This document shows, piece by piece, positions 31,872-41,238 of a stretch of 64,000 nt of DNA. The first letter of the stretch is position 1, and each line of letters starts with the position of its first letter. The translations under genes were made by a program, and so were the position numbers. The notes under the pieces were generated by a model. That model ran no database searches. It saw only the letters and a program-made list of their open reading frames with translations, and was not told the origin of the DNA. This DNA is from Glaesserella sp. (GTDB taxonomy: Bacteria; Pseudomonadota; Gammaproteobacteria; Enterobacterales; Pasteurellaceae): contig NZ_JBGYBX010000044.1 of NCBI RefSeq assembly GCF_041817755.1, positions 12,573 through 76,572 of the forward strand, read 5' to 3'.

Positions 31872-32633
31872 ATGACAAGAACAGATAACTACGAACAACG
31901 TTTTGGCGGAATCGGTCGCCTTTATACGCCTGAAGGATTAGCAAAGCTACGTCAATCGCATGTGTGTGTGATTGGTATCGGCGGTGTTGGCTCTTGGGCG
32001 GTGGAAGCTTTGGCGCGTTCAGGCGTGGGGAAACTTACCTTGATTGATATGGATGATATTTGTGTCACTAATATCAACCGTCAAATTCATGCAATGTCAG
32101 GCGAAATCGGAAAACTGAAAACCGAAGTAATGCAAGAGCGTATTGCCAAAATCAACCCTGAATGTGAAGTCACGATCATTGATGATTTTCTCACGCAAGA
32201 TAATTTGAGTGACTATCTGCTGCGTGGTTATGATTATGTGATTGATGCGATTGACAGTGTGAAAGTCAAAGCGGCGTTAATCGCTTTTTGTAAGCGTCAT
32301 AAAATTAAAATAATTACCACGGGCGGTGCAGGCGGGCAAACGGATCCGACCCAAATTCAGATCACCGATTTAAGCAAGACCATTCAAGATCCGCTGGCTT
32401 CAAAAGTGCGCAGCTTGTTACGCAAAGAGTATAACTTCAGCCAAAACCCGAAGCGTAAATTTGGAATTGATTGTGTGTTTTCAACTCAGCCGTTAATTTT
32501 TCCGAAAATGAGCGAAGGTTGTGAAGTATCTGCTACGATGAACTGCGCCAATGGTTTTGGGGCGGCAACGATGGTGACGGCAACCTTTGGTTTTTTTGCC
32601 GTCAGCCGTGTTATTGAGAAATTACTGCGCTAA
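31872..32633 (+). CDS. tcdA: tRNA threonylcarbamoyladenosine dehydratase (TcdA/CsdL, E1-like ThiF family)
   Basis: QRFGGIGRLY...VCVIGIGGVGSWAVEALARSG...LIDMDDICVTNINRQIH...TTGGAGGQTDPTQIQITDL closely matches remembered E. coli YgdL. Start taken at MTRTDNYE (31872), not 31767. Confidence 0.9.
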   Translation: MTRTDNYEQRFGGIGRLYTPEGLAKLRQSHVCVIGIGGVGSWAVEALARSGVGKLTLIDMDDICVTNINRQIHAMSGEIGKLKTEVMQERIAKINPECEVTIIDDFLTQDNLSDYLLRGYDYVIDAIDSVKVKAALIAFCKRHKIKIITTGGAGGQTDPTQIQITDLSKTIQDPLASKVRSLLRKEYNFSQNPKRKFGIDCVFSTQPLIFPKMSEGCEVSATMNCANGFGAATMVTATFGFFAVSRVIEKLLR

Positions 32634-32671
32634 TTTTGCAAATTTTTACGCAAAACAGACCGCTTGTTTAA

Positions 32672-32687
32672 AAGCAAACGTTTGCAT
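32672..32687. promoter_or_regulatory. PurR operator (PUR box)
   Basis: AAGCAAACGTTTGCAT matches 14/16 of the perfect palindrome ACGCAAACGTTTGCGT and every fixed position of ANGCAAACGTTTNCNT. It overlaps the -35 element. Confidence 0.7.
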
Positions 32688-32710
32688 TTTTACGACAGAA
32701 AACTTATACT
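32682..32710 (+). promoter_or_regulatory. sigma70 promoter
   Basis: TTGCAT (32682-87), 17-nt spacer, TATACT (32705-10). Confidence 0.6.
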
Positions 32711-32738
32711 ACACGCCTAGTGCCAAAAGGAACTAGAC

Positions 32739-32852
32739 ATGCAGTACCAAACATATTTTACAAAATCGAAAAAGTATTCTCAGTCAAGCCTTGTTCAACC
32801 ACGAGGTTTGACTCTTTTTTTATTCATTTCAAATCAAGATCCCAATAGTTAG
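32739..32852 (+). CDS. candidate 37-codon leader ORF (MQYQTYFTKSKKYSQSSLVQPRGLTLFLFISNQDPNS)
   Basis: AAGGA lies 7 nt upstream of the ATG. The ORF reads through terminator 1 and stops inside terminator 2. It is below the ORF-track size cut-off and has no homology support. Confidence 0.2.
   Translation: MQYQTYFTKSKKYSQSSLVQPRGLTLFLFISNQDPNS
32782..32821 (+). terminator. intrinsic terminator 1 in the leader
   Basis: 10-bp stem AGTCAAGCCT / AGGTTTGACT (one G-U pair) with a 12-nt loop, then C + T7. Confidence 0.7.
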
Positions 32853-32865
32853 GGATCTTTTTTTT
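32836..32865 (+). terminator. intrinsic terminator 2 in the leader
   Basis: 8-bp stem AAGATCCC / GGGATCTT with an 8-nt loop and a T8 tail. Confidence 0.7.
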
Positions 32866-32897
32866 GCCTAAAATTTGCGTAAGAGGATAAATAAACA

Positions 32898-33887
32898 ATG
32901 AGTCAGTTAATTCGTACACTAAAAAGCCATATTCGTGATGAGGTCATTAAAAAAGGCGGGTGGGTCAATTCTCATGCACATGCGGATCGTGCATTTACCA
33001 TGACACCTGAGAAAATTAAAATTTACCAAGAAGCCAATTTGCAACAAAAATGGGATTTAGTGGATGAAGTGAAACGGAATTCGACGGTGGAAGATTATTA
33101 CCGCCGTTTCAGCCAAGCGATTGAGCTGATGATTTCACAAGGGGTGACTGCATTCGGCACCTTTGTCGATATCGACCAAGTTTGTGAAGACCGTGCGATC
33201 TTAGCCGCCCATAAAGCCCGTGAGGTGTATAAAAACGACATTATTTTAAAATTTGCCAATCAAACGCTGAAAGGAGTGATTGAGCCGAATGCACGGAGAT
33301 GGTTTGATATCGGTTCGGAGATGGTCGATATGATTGGCGGTTTGCCGTATCGTGATGAATTGGACTATGGCAAGGGGCTGGAAGCGATGGATATTTTGAT
33401 GGAAAAGGCAAAATCCCAAGGCAAAATGTTACATGTCCACGTTGATCAATTTAACAGCCAAAAAGAGAAAGAAACGGAACAGCTTTGCGATAAATCGTTA
33501 GAGCACGGTATGCAAGGGCGGGTTGTTGCGATTCACGGCATTTCGATTGGTGCACATCCGAGAGAATACCGCCAAATGCTGTATAAAAAAATGAAAGCGG
33601 TGGATATGATGATGATTGCCTGCCCGATGGCGTGGATTGACAGCCCGCGTAAAGATGAAGTATTACCGTTTCATAATGCCTTAACGCCCGCCGATGAAAT
33701 GATCCCGGAAGGGATTACCGTGGCAATCGGGACGGATAATATTTGTGACTATATGGTTCCTCTCTGTGAAGGCGATATGTGGCAAGAGTTGAGCTTATTG
33801 TCTGCAGGCTGCCGTTTTACCAACTTGGAAGAAATGGCAAATATCGCCAGTATTAACGGGCGTAAGGTGTTAGGGTTAACTGCGTAA
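32898..33887 (+). CDS. amidohydrolase-superfamily protein, cytosine-deaminase (CodA) barrel-like, without the beta-sandwich domain
   Basis: 329 aa. HxH metal motif (NSHAHAD), HVHVDQ, AIHGIS and AIGTDN line up with remembered CodA PHIHLD, DVHCDE, ASHTTA and CFGHDD. Confidence 0.65.
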   Translation: MSQLIRTLKSHIRDEVIKKGGWVNSHAHADRAFTMTPEKIKIYQEANLQQKWDLVDEVKRNSTVEDYYRRFSQAIELMISQGVTAFGTFVDIDQVCEDRAILAAHKAREVYKNDIILKFANQTLKGVIEPNARRWFDIGSEMVDMIGGLPYRDELDYGKGLEAMDILMEKAKSQGKMLHVHVDQFNSQKEKETEQLCDKSLEHGMQGRVVAIHGISIGAHPREYRQMLYKKMKAVDMMMIACPMAWIDSPRKDEVLPFHNALTPADEMIPEGITVAIGTDNICDYMVPLCEGDMWQELSLLSAGCRFTNLEEMANIASINGRKVLGLTA

Positions 33888-33899
33888 TCCGTGAAAGTA

Positions 33900-33945
33900 A
33901 CAAGCGGTGCGATCTGCAAATTATTTTGCAGATCGCACCGCTTGT
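33900..33945. terminator. bidirectional hairpin built from an inverted USS-like pair
   Basis: Perfect 20-bp stem ACAAGCGGTGCGATCTGCAA / TTGCAGATCGCACCGCTTGT with a 6-nt loop, between convergent genes. Confidence 0.7.
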
Positions 33946-33988
33946 CGTTGAATAGCACGTAAAATAATATTCAACGTTATTTTGTAAA

Positions 33989-34705
33989 TTAGGCTTTATC
34001 ACCGATAAGAACGGATTCCAATGCAATTTCAATCATATCATTGAAAGTTAATTGACGTTCTTCTGCCGTGGTTTGTTCGTGAGTGCGAATGTGATCCGAA
34101 ACGGTACAGATAGTTAATGCTTTGGCACCGAATTCTGCGGCAACGCCGTAAATCCCTGCGGCTTCCATTTCAACCCCTAAAATGCCGTATTTTTCCATCA
34201 CATCAAACATAGACGGATCCGGTGTGTAGAAAAGATCGGCGGAGAATAAGTTGCCGACACGGACATCTACGCCTTTTTCTTTTGCCGCTTGAACAGCCGC
34301 TGCCGTCATATCAAAATCGGCAATTGCCGCAAAGTCGTGATCTTTAAAACGCATACGGTTGACTTTTGAATCCGTACAAGCACCAACACCGATAACGACT
34401 TCACGTAATTTCACGTCTTGGCGAACCGCTCCGCAAGAACCGACACGGATGATTTTTTTCACGCCGTATTCAGTGATTAACTCTTTGGCATAAATAGAGC
34501 AAGACGGGATACCCATACCGTGTCCCATTACAGAAATACGGCGCCCCTTATAAGTTCCGGTATAACCGAACATATTGCGTACATTCGTTACTTGTTCTGC
34601 GTTTTCTAAGAAAGTTTCAGCGATATATTTCGCACGAAGCGGATCGCCCGGCATTAAAACGACATCGGCAAATGCACCGGCAGGTGCGTTAATATGTGGA
34701 GTCAT
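33989..34705 (-). CDS. deoD: purine nucleoside phosphorylase DeoD-type
   Basis: 238 aa with MTPHINA...[14 protein letters not shown] and GHGMGIPS. Confidence 0.95.
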   Translation of the reverse strand: MTPHINAPAGAFADVVLMPGDPLRAKYIAETFLENAEQVTNVRNMFGYTGTYKGRRISVMGHGMGIPSCSIYAKELITEYGVKKIIRVGSCGAVRQDVKLREVVIGVGACTDSKVNRMRFKDHDFAAIADFDMTAAAVQAAKEKGVDVRVGNLFSADLFYTPDPSMFDVMEKYGILGVEMEAAGIYGVAAEFGAKALTICTVSDHIRTHEQTTAEERQLTFNDMIEIALESVLIGDKA

Positions 34706-34735
34706 GTTATGTTCCTCTTAGTTAGAATGGAGAGA

Positions 34736-35515
34736 TTAATATCCCGTTACGTTTTGATTTACTTGCTCATCCTTTAAGGTTGCAAGCAAATTTGCTAATA
34801 AACTGGAGGCGCCAAAGCGGAAATGCGCTTGGTTGATCCAATCTTTTCCTAAAATTTCAGCACTCAAGGCAAGATATTGTTGCGCTTCTTCGGTGGTTTT
34901 GACGCCGCCGGCCGCTTTAAAGCCGACTTTATCCGCAACACCTAAATCACGAATCGTTTCAAGCATAATACGTGCAGATTCAAGCGTCGCATTAACAGGC
35001 ACTTTACCTGTTGAGGTTTTGATAAAATCCGCTCCCGCTTTAATCGAAATTTCACTGGCTTGACGGATTAATTCAGGTGTTTTTAATTCACCCGATTCAA
35101 TAATGACTTTTAAAGCAACATTAGCTTGAGTACAAACCGCTTTACACTGTTTGACCAATTCGAATCCTACTTTCTCATTGCCGGCGATTAAGGCTCGGTA
35201 TGGAAAAACTACATCTACTTCATCGGCTCCGTAAGCCACTGCCGCTTTGGTTTCGGCAACGGCAATGTCGATATCATCGTGACCGTGAGGGAAATTGGTT
35301 ACTGTAGCAATTTTCACTTGTGGCGTACCTTGCGCTTTTAACGCTTTACGTGCAATAGGGACAAAACGTGGGTAAACACACACTGCTGCCGGCGTACCGA
35401 ATTCGGTTTTACCTTGTTGGCATAACGCAATAACTTTGTCATCTGTGTCATTATCGTTTAATGTAGTTAAATCCATTAAAGATAAGGCTTGTTGTGCGAT
35501 TTGTTTCAAATTCAT
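34736..35515 (-). CDS. deoC: deoxyribose-phosphate aldolase
   Basis: 259 aa with the long-form DeoC motif FIKTSTGK (Schiff-base Lys). Confidence 0.95.
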   Translation of the reverse strand: MNLKQIAQQALSLMDLTTLNDNDTDDKVIALCQQGKTEFGTPAAVCVYPRFVPIARKALKAQGTPQVKIATVTNFPHGHDDIDIAVAETKAAVAYGADEVDVVFPYRALIAGNEKVGFELVKQCKAVCTQANVALKVIIESGELKTPELIRQASEISIKAGADFIKTSTGKVPVNATLESARIMLETIRDLGVADKVGFKAAGGVKTTEEAQQYLALSAEILGKDWINQAHFRFGASSLLANLLATLKDEQVNQNVTGY

Positions 35516-35550
35516 GGTTACTCCTTATAAACGCAATCGTTTAACTTGGC

Positions 35551-35585
35551 TATAAACGACAACACCACAGTTTCCTGTGGTGTTG
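35551..35585 (-). terminator. intrinsic terminator of nupC
   Basis: 11-bp stem CAACACCACAG / CTGTGGTGTTG with a 4-nt loop, then a T-rich tail on the minus strand. Confidence 0.7.
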
Positions 35586-35603
35586 AGAATGTGTTTTTAT
35601 CGA

Positions 35604-36875
35604 TTACAATACGGCGCCGCCGATACCGATAAATAAACCTGCAATGGCCGCACTCATTAAGTTGGAGAGTGTACCCGCCGCAACGGCTTTGATTCCCATG
35701 CGCGCTACGTCACTACGACGATTCGGTGCCATACCGCCTAAACCGCCGATAAGGATAGCAATAGAACTCAAGTTTGCAAAGCCACAAAGTGCAAAGGTGA
35801 TGATCGCAATCGTTTTTTCACCTAATACGACCGGCGCACTTTCCGGTTTTAAGTAGTTGGCAAAATCGGCATAAGCAACGAATTCGTTTACGACCAGTTT
35901 TTGTCCGATTAACGAACCGGCTACTTGTGCTTCGGCTCCCCAAGGTACGCCGATAATCCAAGCAAGCGGTTGGAAAACATAACCTAATAAAGATTGTAAT
36001 GTAACGCCTTCGAAGCCGACTAAGCCACCAACCCAACCGATAAAGCCGTTTAACATAGCAATTAATGCAATAAACGCTAATAGCATTGCACCGACATTCA
36101 TGACAAGTTGTAAACCGGAGAATGCACCGACTGCCGCCGCTTCAATGACATTGGCCGGTTTGTCATCCATATCGTCTTCACTTAACTCATCTTTAAACGA
36201 TTCTGTTTGCGGGTGTAGAATTTTGGCAAAGAGCAAACCGCCCGGCGCTGCCATAAATGATGCTGCGATTAAGTACGGAAGCGGAACCCCCATACCGGCA
36301 TAACCAATCATTACCGCGCCGGCGACGGAGGCTAAACCACCACACATAACGGCAAACAATTCAGAGTCCGTCATTGATTTGATATATGGTTTCACCAATA
36401 ACGGGGCTTCGGTTTGACCGACAAAGATATTTGCCGCCGCAGACATAGATTCTGCTTTTGATGTACCTAATGCTTTTTGTAACGCACCACCAAGGAGCTT
36501 GATGACAAGTTGCATAATACCAAGGTAGTAGAGAACGGAAATTAATGCGGAGAAGAAAATAATCGGTGGAAGCACACGCAGAGCAAAGACGAAACCGCCG
36601 CCACCGAATACTTCAAACATCTTATCACTGACTAAACCGCCAAATAAGAAACTGATACCGTCATTACCGTAGTTAATCACGGCGCTGACCCCTTTTGATG
36701 CGGCAAGCAAAGCATCGCGTCCAGCCGGGATATAGAGAATAATAGCGCCGATACCGATTTGAATTGCTAGCGCACCGAAAACGGTACGATAGTTAATTGC
36801 TTTTTTATTGTTGGATAACAAGAACGCAATTAAAAGGAGTACAACAATGCCTAGAAGGCTCATAAATGTATCCAT
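35604..36875 (-). CDS. nupC: nucleoside:H+ symporter NupC (CNT family)
   Basis: The C-terminal half ([17 protein letters not shown]...NEFVAY...FANLSSI) matches remembered NupC. Start taken at MDTFMSLLG, with GAGG 9 nt upstream. Confidence 0.9.
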   Translation of the reverse strand: MDTFMSLLGIVVLLLIAFLLSNNKKAINYRTVFGALAIQIGIGAIILYIPAGRDALLAASKGVSAVINYGNDGISFLFGGLVSDKMFEVFGGGGFVFALRVLPPIIFFSALISVLYYLGIMQLVIKLLGGALQKALGTSKAESMSAAANIFVGQTEAPLLVKPYIKSMTDSELFAVMCGGLASVAGAVMIGYAGMGVPLPYLIAASFMAAPGGLLFAKILHPQTESFKDELSEDDMDDKPANVIEAAAVGAFSGLQLVMNVGAMLLAFIALIAMLNGFIGWVGGLVGFEGVTLQSLLGYVFQPLAWIIGVPWGAEAQVAGSLIGQKLVVNEFVAYADFANYLKPESAPVVLGEKTIAIITFALCGFANLSSIAILIGGLGGMAPNRRSDVARMGIKAVAAGTLSNLMSAAIAGLFIGIGGAVL

Positions 36876-37133
36876 TTTTACAACCTCGAAAAAGTTTAAC
36901 AGAAAATTGATTGCCAAATAAGAACACCGCAGCAACCATGAAAAAGGGTGTTTATGATACCGCCTTTTTTTGTCAAAATCTTCAAAATTTTATAGTTATA
37001 TCAGTATTATGGCAGGCAAAGATAAAAAATTTGATCTACCTCTCACTTTTAAGCGGTATTTATTGATTTGTGCATTTAACAGGATTATTCTTTGGAGTAA
37101 ATCTTCTTTTTTATAATAAATTGTGGAGTCATT

Positions 37134-37829
37134 ATGTCGAGATTAACCAAGGCACAAATTTTAGCGCAGTTACAAAACGGGCTAATCGCCTCCTGCCAGC
37201 CCGTGGATAACGGTCCGATGGATTCACCGGAAATCGTGGCGGCAATGGCAAAAGCATCAGTCATAGGAGGGGCGGCAGGATTACGTATTGAAGGCATTGA
37301 TAATCTAAAAGCGGTACGAGCTGTTGTTGATGTCCCTATCGTTGGTATCGTTAAGCGGGATCTGCCTGACAGCCCGGTACGTATTACACCGTTTTTACAA
37401 GATATCGATGATCTCTATCATGCCGGCGCGGATATTATTGCTTTCGATGGTACGGATCGCATTCGCCCGACGACGATTGAAGCCTGTGCAAAGCGCATTC
37501 AAGAGCTCGGCGCCATGTCGATGGCCGACTGTTCAAACTATAAAGAAGGTATGTATTGCCAAGCGCTGGGAGTTGATCTGATCGGCAGCACCATGTCAGG
37601 CTATACCGGCGGTGAAACGCCTGATGAACCTGATGTACAACTTGTACGTGATTTGGTCGCAAGTGGTTGTCGTGTCATGGCGGAAGGACGGTACAATACG
37701 CCGGAGCTGGCGGCTGCGGCAATTGAAAACGGTGCATATGCCGTTACGGTCGGATCGGCATTGACCCGCTTGGAGCATATAGTCAGCTGGTTTGTCAGTG
37801 CGATCGATAATTGCAAAAAAGGAGCTTAA
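37134..37829 (+). CDS. nanE: N-acetylmannosamine-6-phosphate 2-epimerase
   Basis: 231 aa with GLIASCQP...MA and IVGIVKRD motifs. Confidence 0.9.
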   Translation: MSRLTKAQILAQLQNGLIASCQPVDNGPMDSPEIVAAMAKASVIGGAAGLRIEGIDNLKAVRAVVDVPIVGIVKRDLPDSPVRITPFLQDIDDLYHAGADIIAFDGTDRIRPTTIEACAKRIQELGAMSMADCSNYKEGMYCQALGVDLIGSTMSGYTGGETPDEPDVQLVRDLVASGCRVMAEGRYNTPELAAAAIENGAYAVTVGSALTRLEHIVSWFVSAIDNCKKGA

Positions 37830-37830
37830 A

Positions 37831-38715
37831 ATGACAGCTTGTTTAGCGATTGATGTCGGTGGAACGAAAATTGCGGCTGCGCTGGTCACCTTAAAAGATA
37901 AAGATGCACTGGTGGAACAACGCATTCAAATTCACACACCGCAAAACCCGAGTGCAGAGGCTTTGGATAATGCGTTAGCGGAAGTCCTACAGAAATTTTC
38001 AGGACAATTCGACAAAGTCTCAGTGGCATCCACGGGGATTATTCAGAACGGTATATTAACCGCACTTAATCCGAAAAATTTAGGCAATCTTGCCTTTTTC
38101 CCTTTACAACAAAGTATTGCAAAACATACGGATAAGCCGATTACCTTGCTCAATGACGCACAAGCTGCCGGCTGTGCGGAATTTCTGCGCCAAGAGGATA
38201 TTGAAAATTTTGCCTTTATTACGGTATCTACCGGTGTCGGCGGCGGCATTATTCTTAACCGCAAATTGTTTACCGGTACAAACGGGGTAGCCGGACATAT
38301 CGGGCACATGGCAGTAGATTATCATGGTGAAACTTGCGGCTGCGGCCGGGTAGGATGTGTAGAAGCCATTGCTTCGGGACGAGCAATTGCGCGAGATGCG
38401 GCAAAATGGGAAAACCCGTGTGAACCGCCGGAAGTGTTCGAACGTTTTAGAGCCGGTGATCCGCAGGCGGGGACGTTGGTGGATAAATCGGCAAAAGCTA
38501 TTGCCAATTTAATCGCAGATTTAAAAATCGGTTTGGATATTCAACGGATTGCATTGGGTGGAAGTGTCGGTTTGGCAAGTGGTTATTTAGCGCGTGTTGA
38601 GCATTTTTTAGCGCAAATGCCATCGATATACAGACCGGAAATTATCCCAGCCTATTATGCACAAGATGCCGGTTTGATCGGTGCTGCCTGGTGGGCGGAA
38701 AATCAATATGAATAA
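37831..38715 (+). CDS. nanK: N-acetylmannosamine kinase (ROK family)
   Basis: DVGGTKIAAA ATP motif and ROK zinc motif GHMAVDYHGETCGCGRVGCVE. Start at MTACLAID, 2 nt after the nanE stop. Confidence 0.85.
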   Translation: MTACLAIDVGGTKIAAALVTLKDKDALVEQRIQIHTPQNPSAEALDNALAEVLQKFSGQFDKVSVASTGIIQNGILTALNPKNLGNLAFFPLQQSIAKHTDKPITLLNDAQAAGCAEFLRQEDIENFAFITVSTGVGGGIILNRKLFTGTNGVAGHIGHMAVDYHGETCGCGRVGCVEAIASGRAIARDAAKWENPCEPPEVFERFRAGDPQAGTLVDKSAKAIANLIADLKIGLDIQRIALGGSVGLASGYLARVEHFLAQMPSIYRPEIIPAYYAQDAGLIGAAWWAENQYE

Positions 38716-38737
38716 TAAGCCGTTAAGTTAAACATAA

Positions 38738-38768
38738 AAATAAGGGCTGGGATGTCAGCCCCTTATTG
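38738..38768. terminator. bidirectional terminator (nanK / ribH)
   Basis: AATAAGGGCTG / CAGCCCCTTATT stem (one bulge) between convergent genes. Confidence 0.6.
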
Positions 38769-38806
38769 TTTCTACAAGCGGTCAGTTTCGCCTACTATTT
38801 TGCAAA

Positions 38807-39268
38807 TTATAGACCTTTTAACACATTCACCATTTCAATCGCGCCTAACGCACATTCAGAGCCTTTGTTGCCTGCTTTTGTACCTGCACGCTCGATAGCT
38901 TGTTCGATATTTTCGGTAGTTAATACACCAAAAATAACCGGAACACCGGTTTGTAAGCTCACTGCACCAATGCCTTTTGCTGCTTCATTGCATACATAAT
39001 CATAGTGCGTGGTTGAGCCGCGGATTACTGTGCCTAAGCAGATTACTGCGTCATACTTACCGCTTTCCGCCATTTTTTTCGCAACCAACGGAATTTCAAA
39101 TGCCCCAGGTACCCAAGCGGTATCAATATCGCTTTCGTTTGCACCGTGGCGAACGAGTGTGTCGATCGCACCGCTTAACAGTTTATCGTTGATAAAATCG
39201 TTAAATCTCGCACACACAATGCCGAATTTTAACCCTGTTGCCACTAAATTACCTGTGATAATTGCCAT
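38807..39268 (-). CDS. ribH: 6,7-dimethyl-8-ribityllumazine synthase
   Basis: 153 aa with FGIVCARFN...VPGAFEIP. Confidence 0.95.
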   Translation of the reverse strand: MAIITGNLVATGLKFGIVCARFNDFINDKLLSGAIDTLVRHGANESDIDTAWVPGAFEIPLVAKKMAESGKYDAVICLGTVIRGSTTHYDYVCNEAAKGIGAVSLQTGVPVIFGVLTTENIEQAIERAGTKAGNKGSECALGAIEMVNVLKGL

Positions 39269-39303
39269 TTTTGTTTTTCCTTATTGTTAAATAAATTGAT
39301 ATT

Positions 39304-39341
39304 CCCCCTCTTTGACAAAGAGGGGGCTAGGGGGAGATTTT
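39304..39341 (+). repeat. GC-rich palindromic intergenic repeat, copy 1
   Basis: CCCCCTCTTT-GAC-AAAGAGGGGG followed by CTAGGGGGAGATTTT, in the ribBA/ribH spacer. Confidence 0.85.
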
Positions 39342-40541
39342 TTAAAAGTTAAACATATGCCTCATTTTGACTTGTTTAACTTTAAGGTATTCCAAATCGT
39401 GTTTATTCGGCTCAACCATAATCGGCTCTCGTGCCACGATATTTAAGCCAACTTGCTGTAAGCCTTCGATTTTCGCTGGATTATTGGTTAACAAGCGGAT
39501 CGTTTTCACCCCTAAACTGCGAAACATCTGTGCGCCAATATGGTATTCACGTTCATCTTCACCAAAGCCAAGGGCTAAATTCGCCTCGACGGTATCCATT
39601 CCTTTATCTTGCAATTCATAAGCACGCAGTTTGTTGATTAAGCCAATGCCTCGCCCTTCTTGACGTAAATAGAGCAACACGCCTCTGCCTTCTTGCTCAA
39701 TTTGGCTCATTGCGGCGGCAAATTGCTGACCGCAGTCGCAACGTTGTGAACCAAAGGCATCGCCGGTTAAACATTCAGAGTGAATACGGCATAGCACCTC
39801 TTCGCCGTTGCCAATATCCCCTTTCACTAATGCAACGTGTTCTTTACCTGTGATTTTCTCGATGAAACTGTGTGCGGTAAACTCGCCGTATTTGGTCGGC
39901 ATTTTGACGACGGAAATTTGCTCAATTAAACAATCTTTTGCTCGGCGATATTCTTGTAACTGGGCAATTGTGATAAACGGCATATTGTGTTGAGTGGCAA
40001 AGGCTTGTAGTTCAGGCATTTTCATCATTGTGCCGTCATCTGCCATAATCTCACAGCAAAGTCCTGCGTGTTTAAGCCCGGCTAAACGAGCCAGATCCAC
40101 CGTTGCTTCCGTATGTCCGTTACGCACCAACACGCCACCGTCTTTCGCAAGTAGGGGGAACATATGCCCCGGACGGCGGAAATCACTTGGTTTGGCGTTG
40201 TCGTCCACCACTTTAAGCGCCGTAAGCGAACGCTCAAAAGCCGAAATGCCCGTGCCTGTATCAATGTGATCGATAGCAACGGTAAAGGCGGTTTCGTGGT
40301 TATCGGTGTTGTAAGAAACCATCTGCGGTAGGTCGAGTTTTTGGGCTATCGCCGTTGAAATCGGCATACAAATCAAACCTTTACCATAAGTTGCCATAAA
40401 GTTGATATTTTCAGGAGTGGCAAATTCCGCCGCACAGATAAAATCCCCTTCGTTTTCTCTATCTTCGTCATCGCTGACGATAATAATTTTGCCTTGGCGT
40501 AATGCGTCTAAGGCTTGTTCTACGCTTGAAAATTGAAACAT
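39342..40541 (-). CDS. ribBA: bifunctional 3,4-dihydroxy-2-butanone-4-phosphate synthase / GTP cyclohydrolase II
   Basis: 399 aa with a DHBPS N-terminal half ([10 protein letters not shown]) and a GCH-II C-terminal half ([10 protein letters not shown]...CDCG). Confidence 0.95.
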   Translation of the reverse strand: MFQFSSVEQALDALRQGKIIIVSDDEDRENEGDFICAAEFATPENINFMATYGKGLICMPISTAIAQKLDLPQMVSYNTDNHETAFTVAIDHIDTGTGISAFERSLTALKVVDDNAKPSDFRRPGHMFPLLAKDGGVLVRNGHTEATVDLARLAGLKHAGLCCEIMADDGTMMKMPELQAFATQHNMPFITIAQLQEYRRAKDCLIEQISVVKMPTKYGEFTAHSFIEKITGKEHVALVKGDIGNGEEVLCRIHSECLTGDAFGSQRCDCGQQFAAAMSQIEQEGRGVLLYLRQEGRGIGLINKLRAYELQDKGMDTVEANLALGFGEDEREYHIGAQMFRSLGVKTIRLLTNNPAKIEGLQQVGLNIVAREPIMVEPNKHDLEYLKVKQVKMRHMFNF

Positions 40542-40562
40542 TTGCTTTCCTTTTTGATAATT

Positions 40563-40595
40563 CCCCCTTTGAAAAAGGGGGGCTAGGGGGGATTT
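40563..40595 (+). repeat. GC-rich palindromic intergenic repeat, copy 2
   Basis: CCCCCTTTGAAAAAGGGGGG followed by CTAGGGGGGATTT, in the ribE/ribBA spacer. It abuts the ribE stop. Confidence 0.85.
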
Positions 40596-41238
40596 AAAAC
40601 CCCACTCGCTTTAAAAATTCTTCGGTGATATTGCTCTGTGGCTCGCTCTGTTTCGGCGACAGCAATTTTTCCACATATTTTCCGATTACATCATTCTCTA
40701 AATTCACGATACTGCCGACCTTTTTCGTGCCTAAATTCGTTTCACTTAACGTATGCGGAATAATCGACACTCGGAAGCTGTTTTCATCACAATCGACCAC
40801 AGTCAGGCTTATTCCGTCAATCGTAATTGAGCCTTTTTCAATGATGTAACGCATCAGCTTTGCCGTGGTTTTAATCTGATACCAGACCGAATTATTCGCA
40901 GGGGTAATGCTGACAATTTCCCCTGTGCCATCAATATGCCCCGACACAATGTGTCCGCCGAAACGTCCGTTTGACGCCATTGCTCGTTCAAGATTAACGG
41001 GGCTGTTCGGTTGTAATTCGCCTAATGATGTACGGGCGAGCGTTTCCGACATGACATCTGCGGAAAAATGGTTTGAGCCAAATTCGGTCACGGTTAAACA
41101 GACACCATTGACCGCAATGCTGTCGCCTAAGTGCATATCCGTAAAAATTTTGCTTCCCGTAATGGTTAAAACGGCAAATTCCCCTTGTTTGTGGATTTTG
41201 GCGACTTTGCCGACTTCTTCAATAATGCCTGTGAACAT
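40594..41238 (-). CDS. ribE: riboflavin synthase alpha chain
   Basis: 214 aa with [10 protein letters not shown] and the internal duplicated barrel ([12 protein letters not shown] / [11 protein letters not shown]). Confidence 0.95.
   Translation of the reverse strand: MFTGIIEEVGKVAKIHKQGEFAVLTITGSKIFTDMHLGDSIAVNGVCLTVTEFGSNHFSADVMSETLARTSLGELQPNSPVNLERAMASNGRFGGHIVSGHIDGTGEIVSITPANNSVWYQIKTTAKLMRYIIEKGSITIDGISLTVVDCDENSFRVSIIPHTLSETNLGTKKVGSIVNLENDVIGKYVEKLLSPKQSEPQSNITEEFLKRVGF

Noticed and set aside
37027..37048. CRP-like site AAATTTGATCTACCTCTCACTT in the nupC/nanE divergent region
   Set aside because: The half-sites TTTGA and TCTCA each miss a core position of TGTGA/TCACA. Too weak to call by eye.
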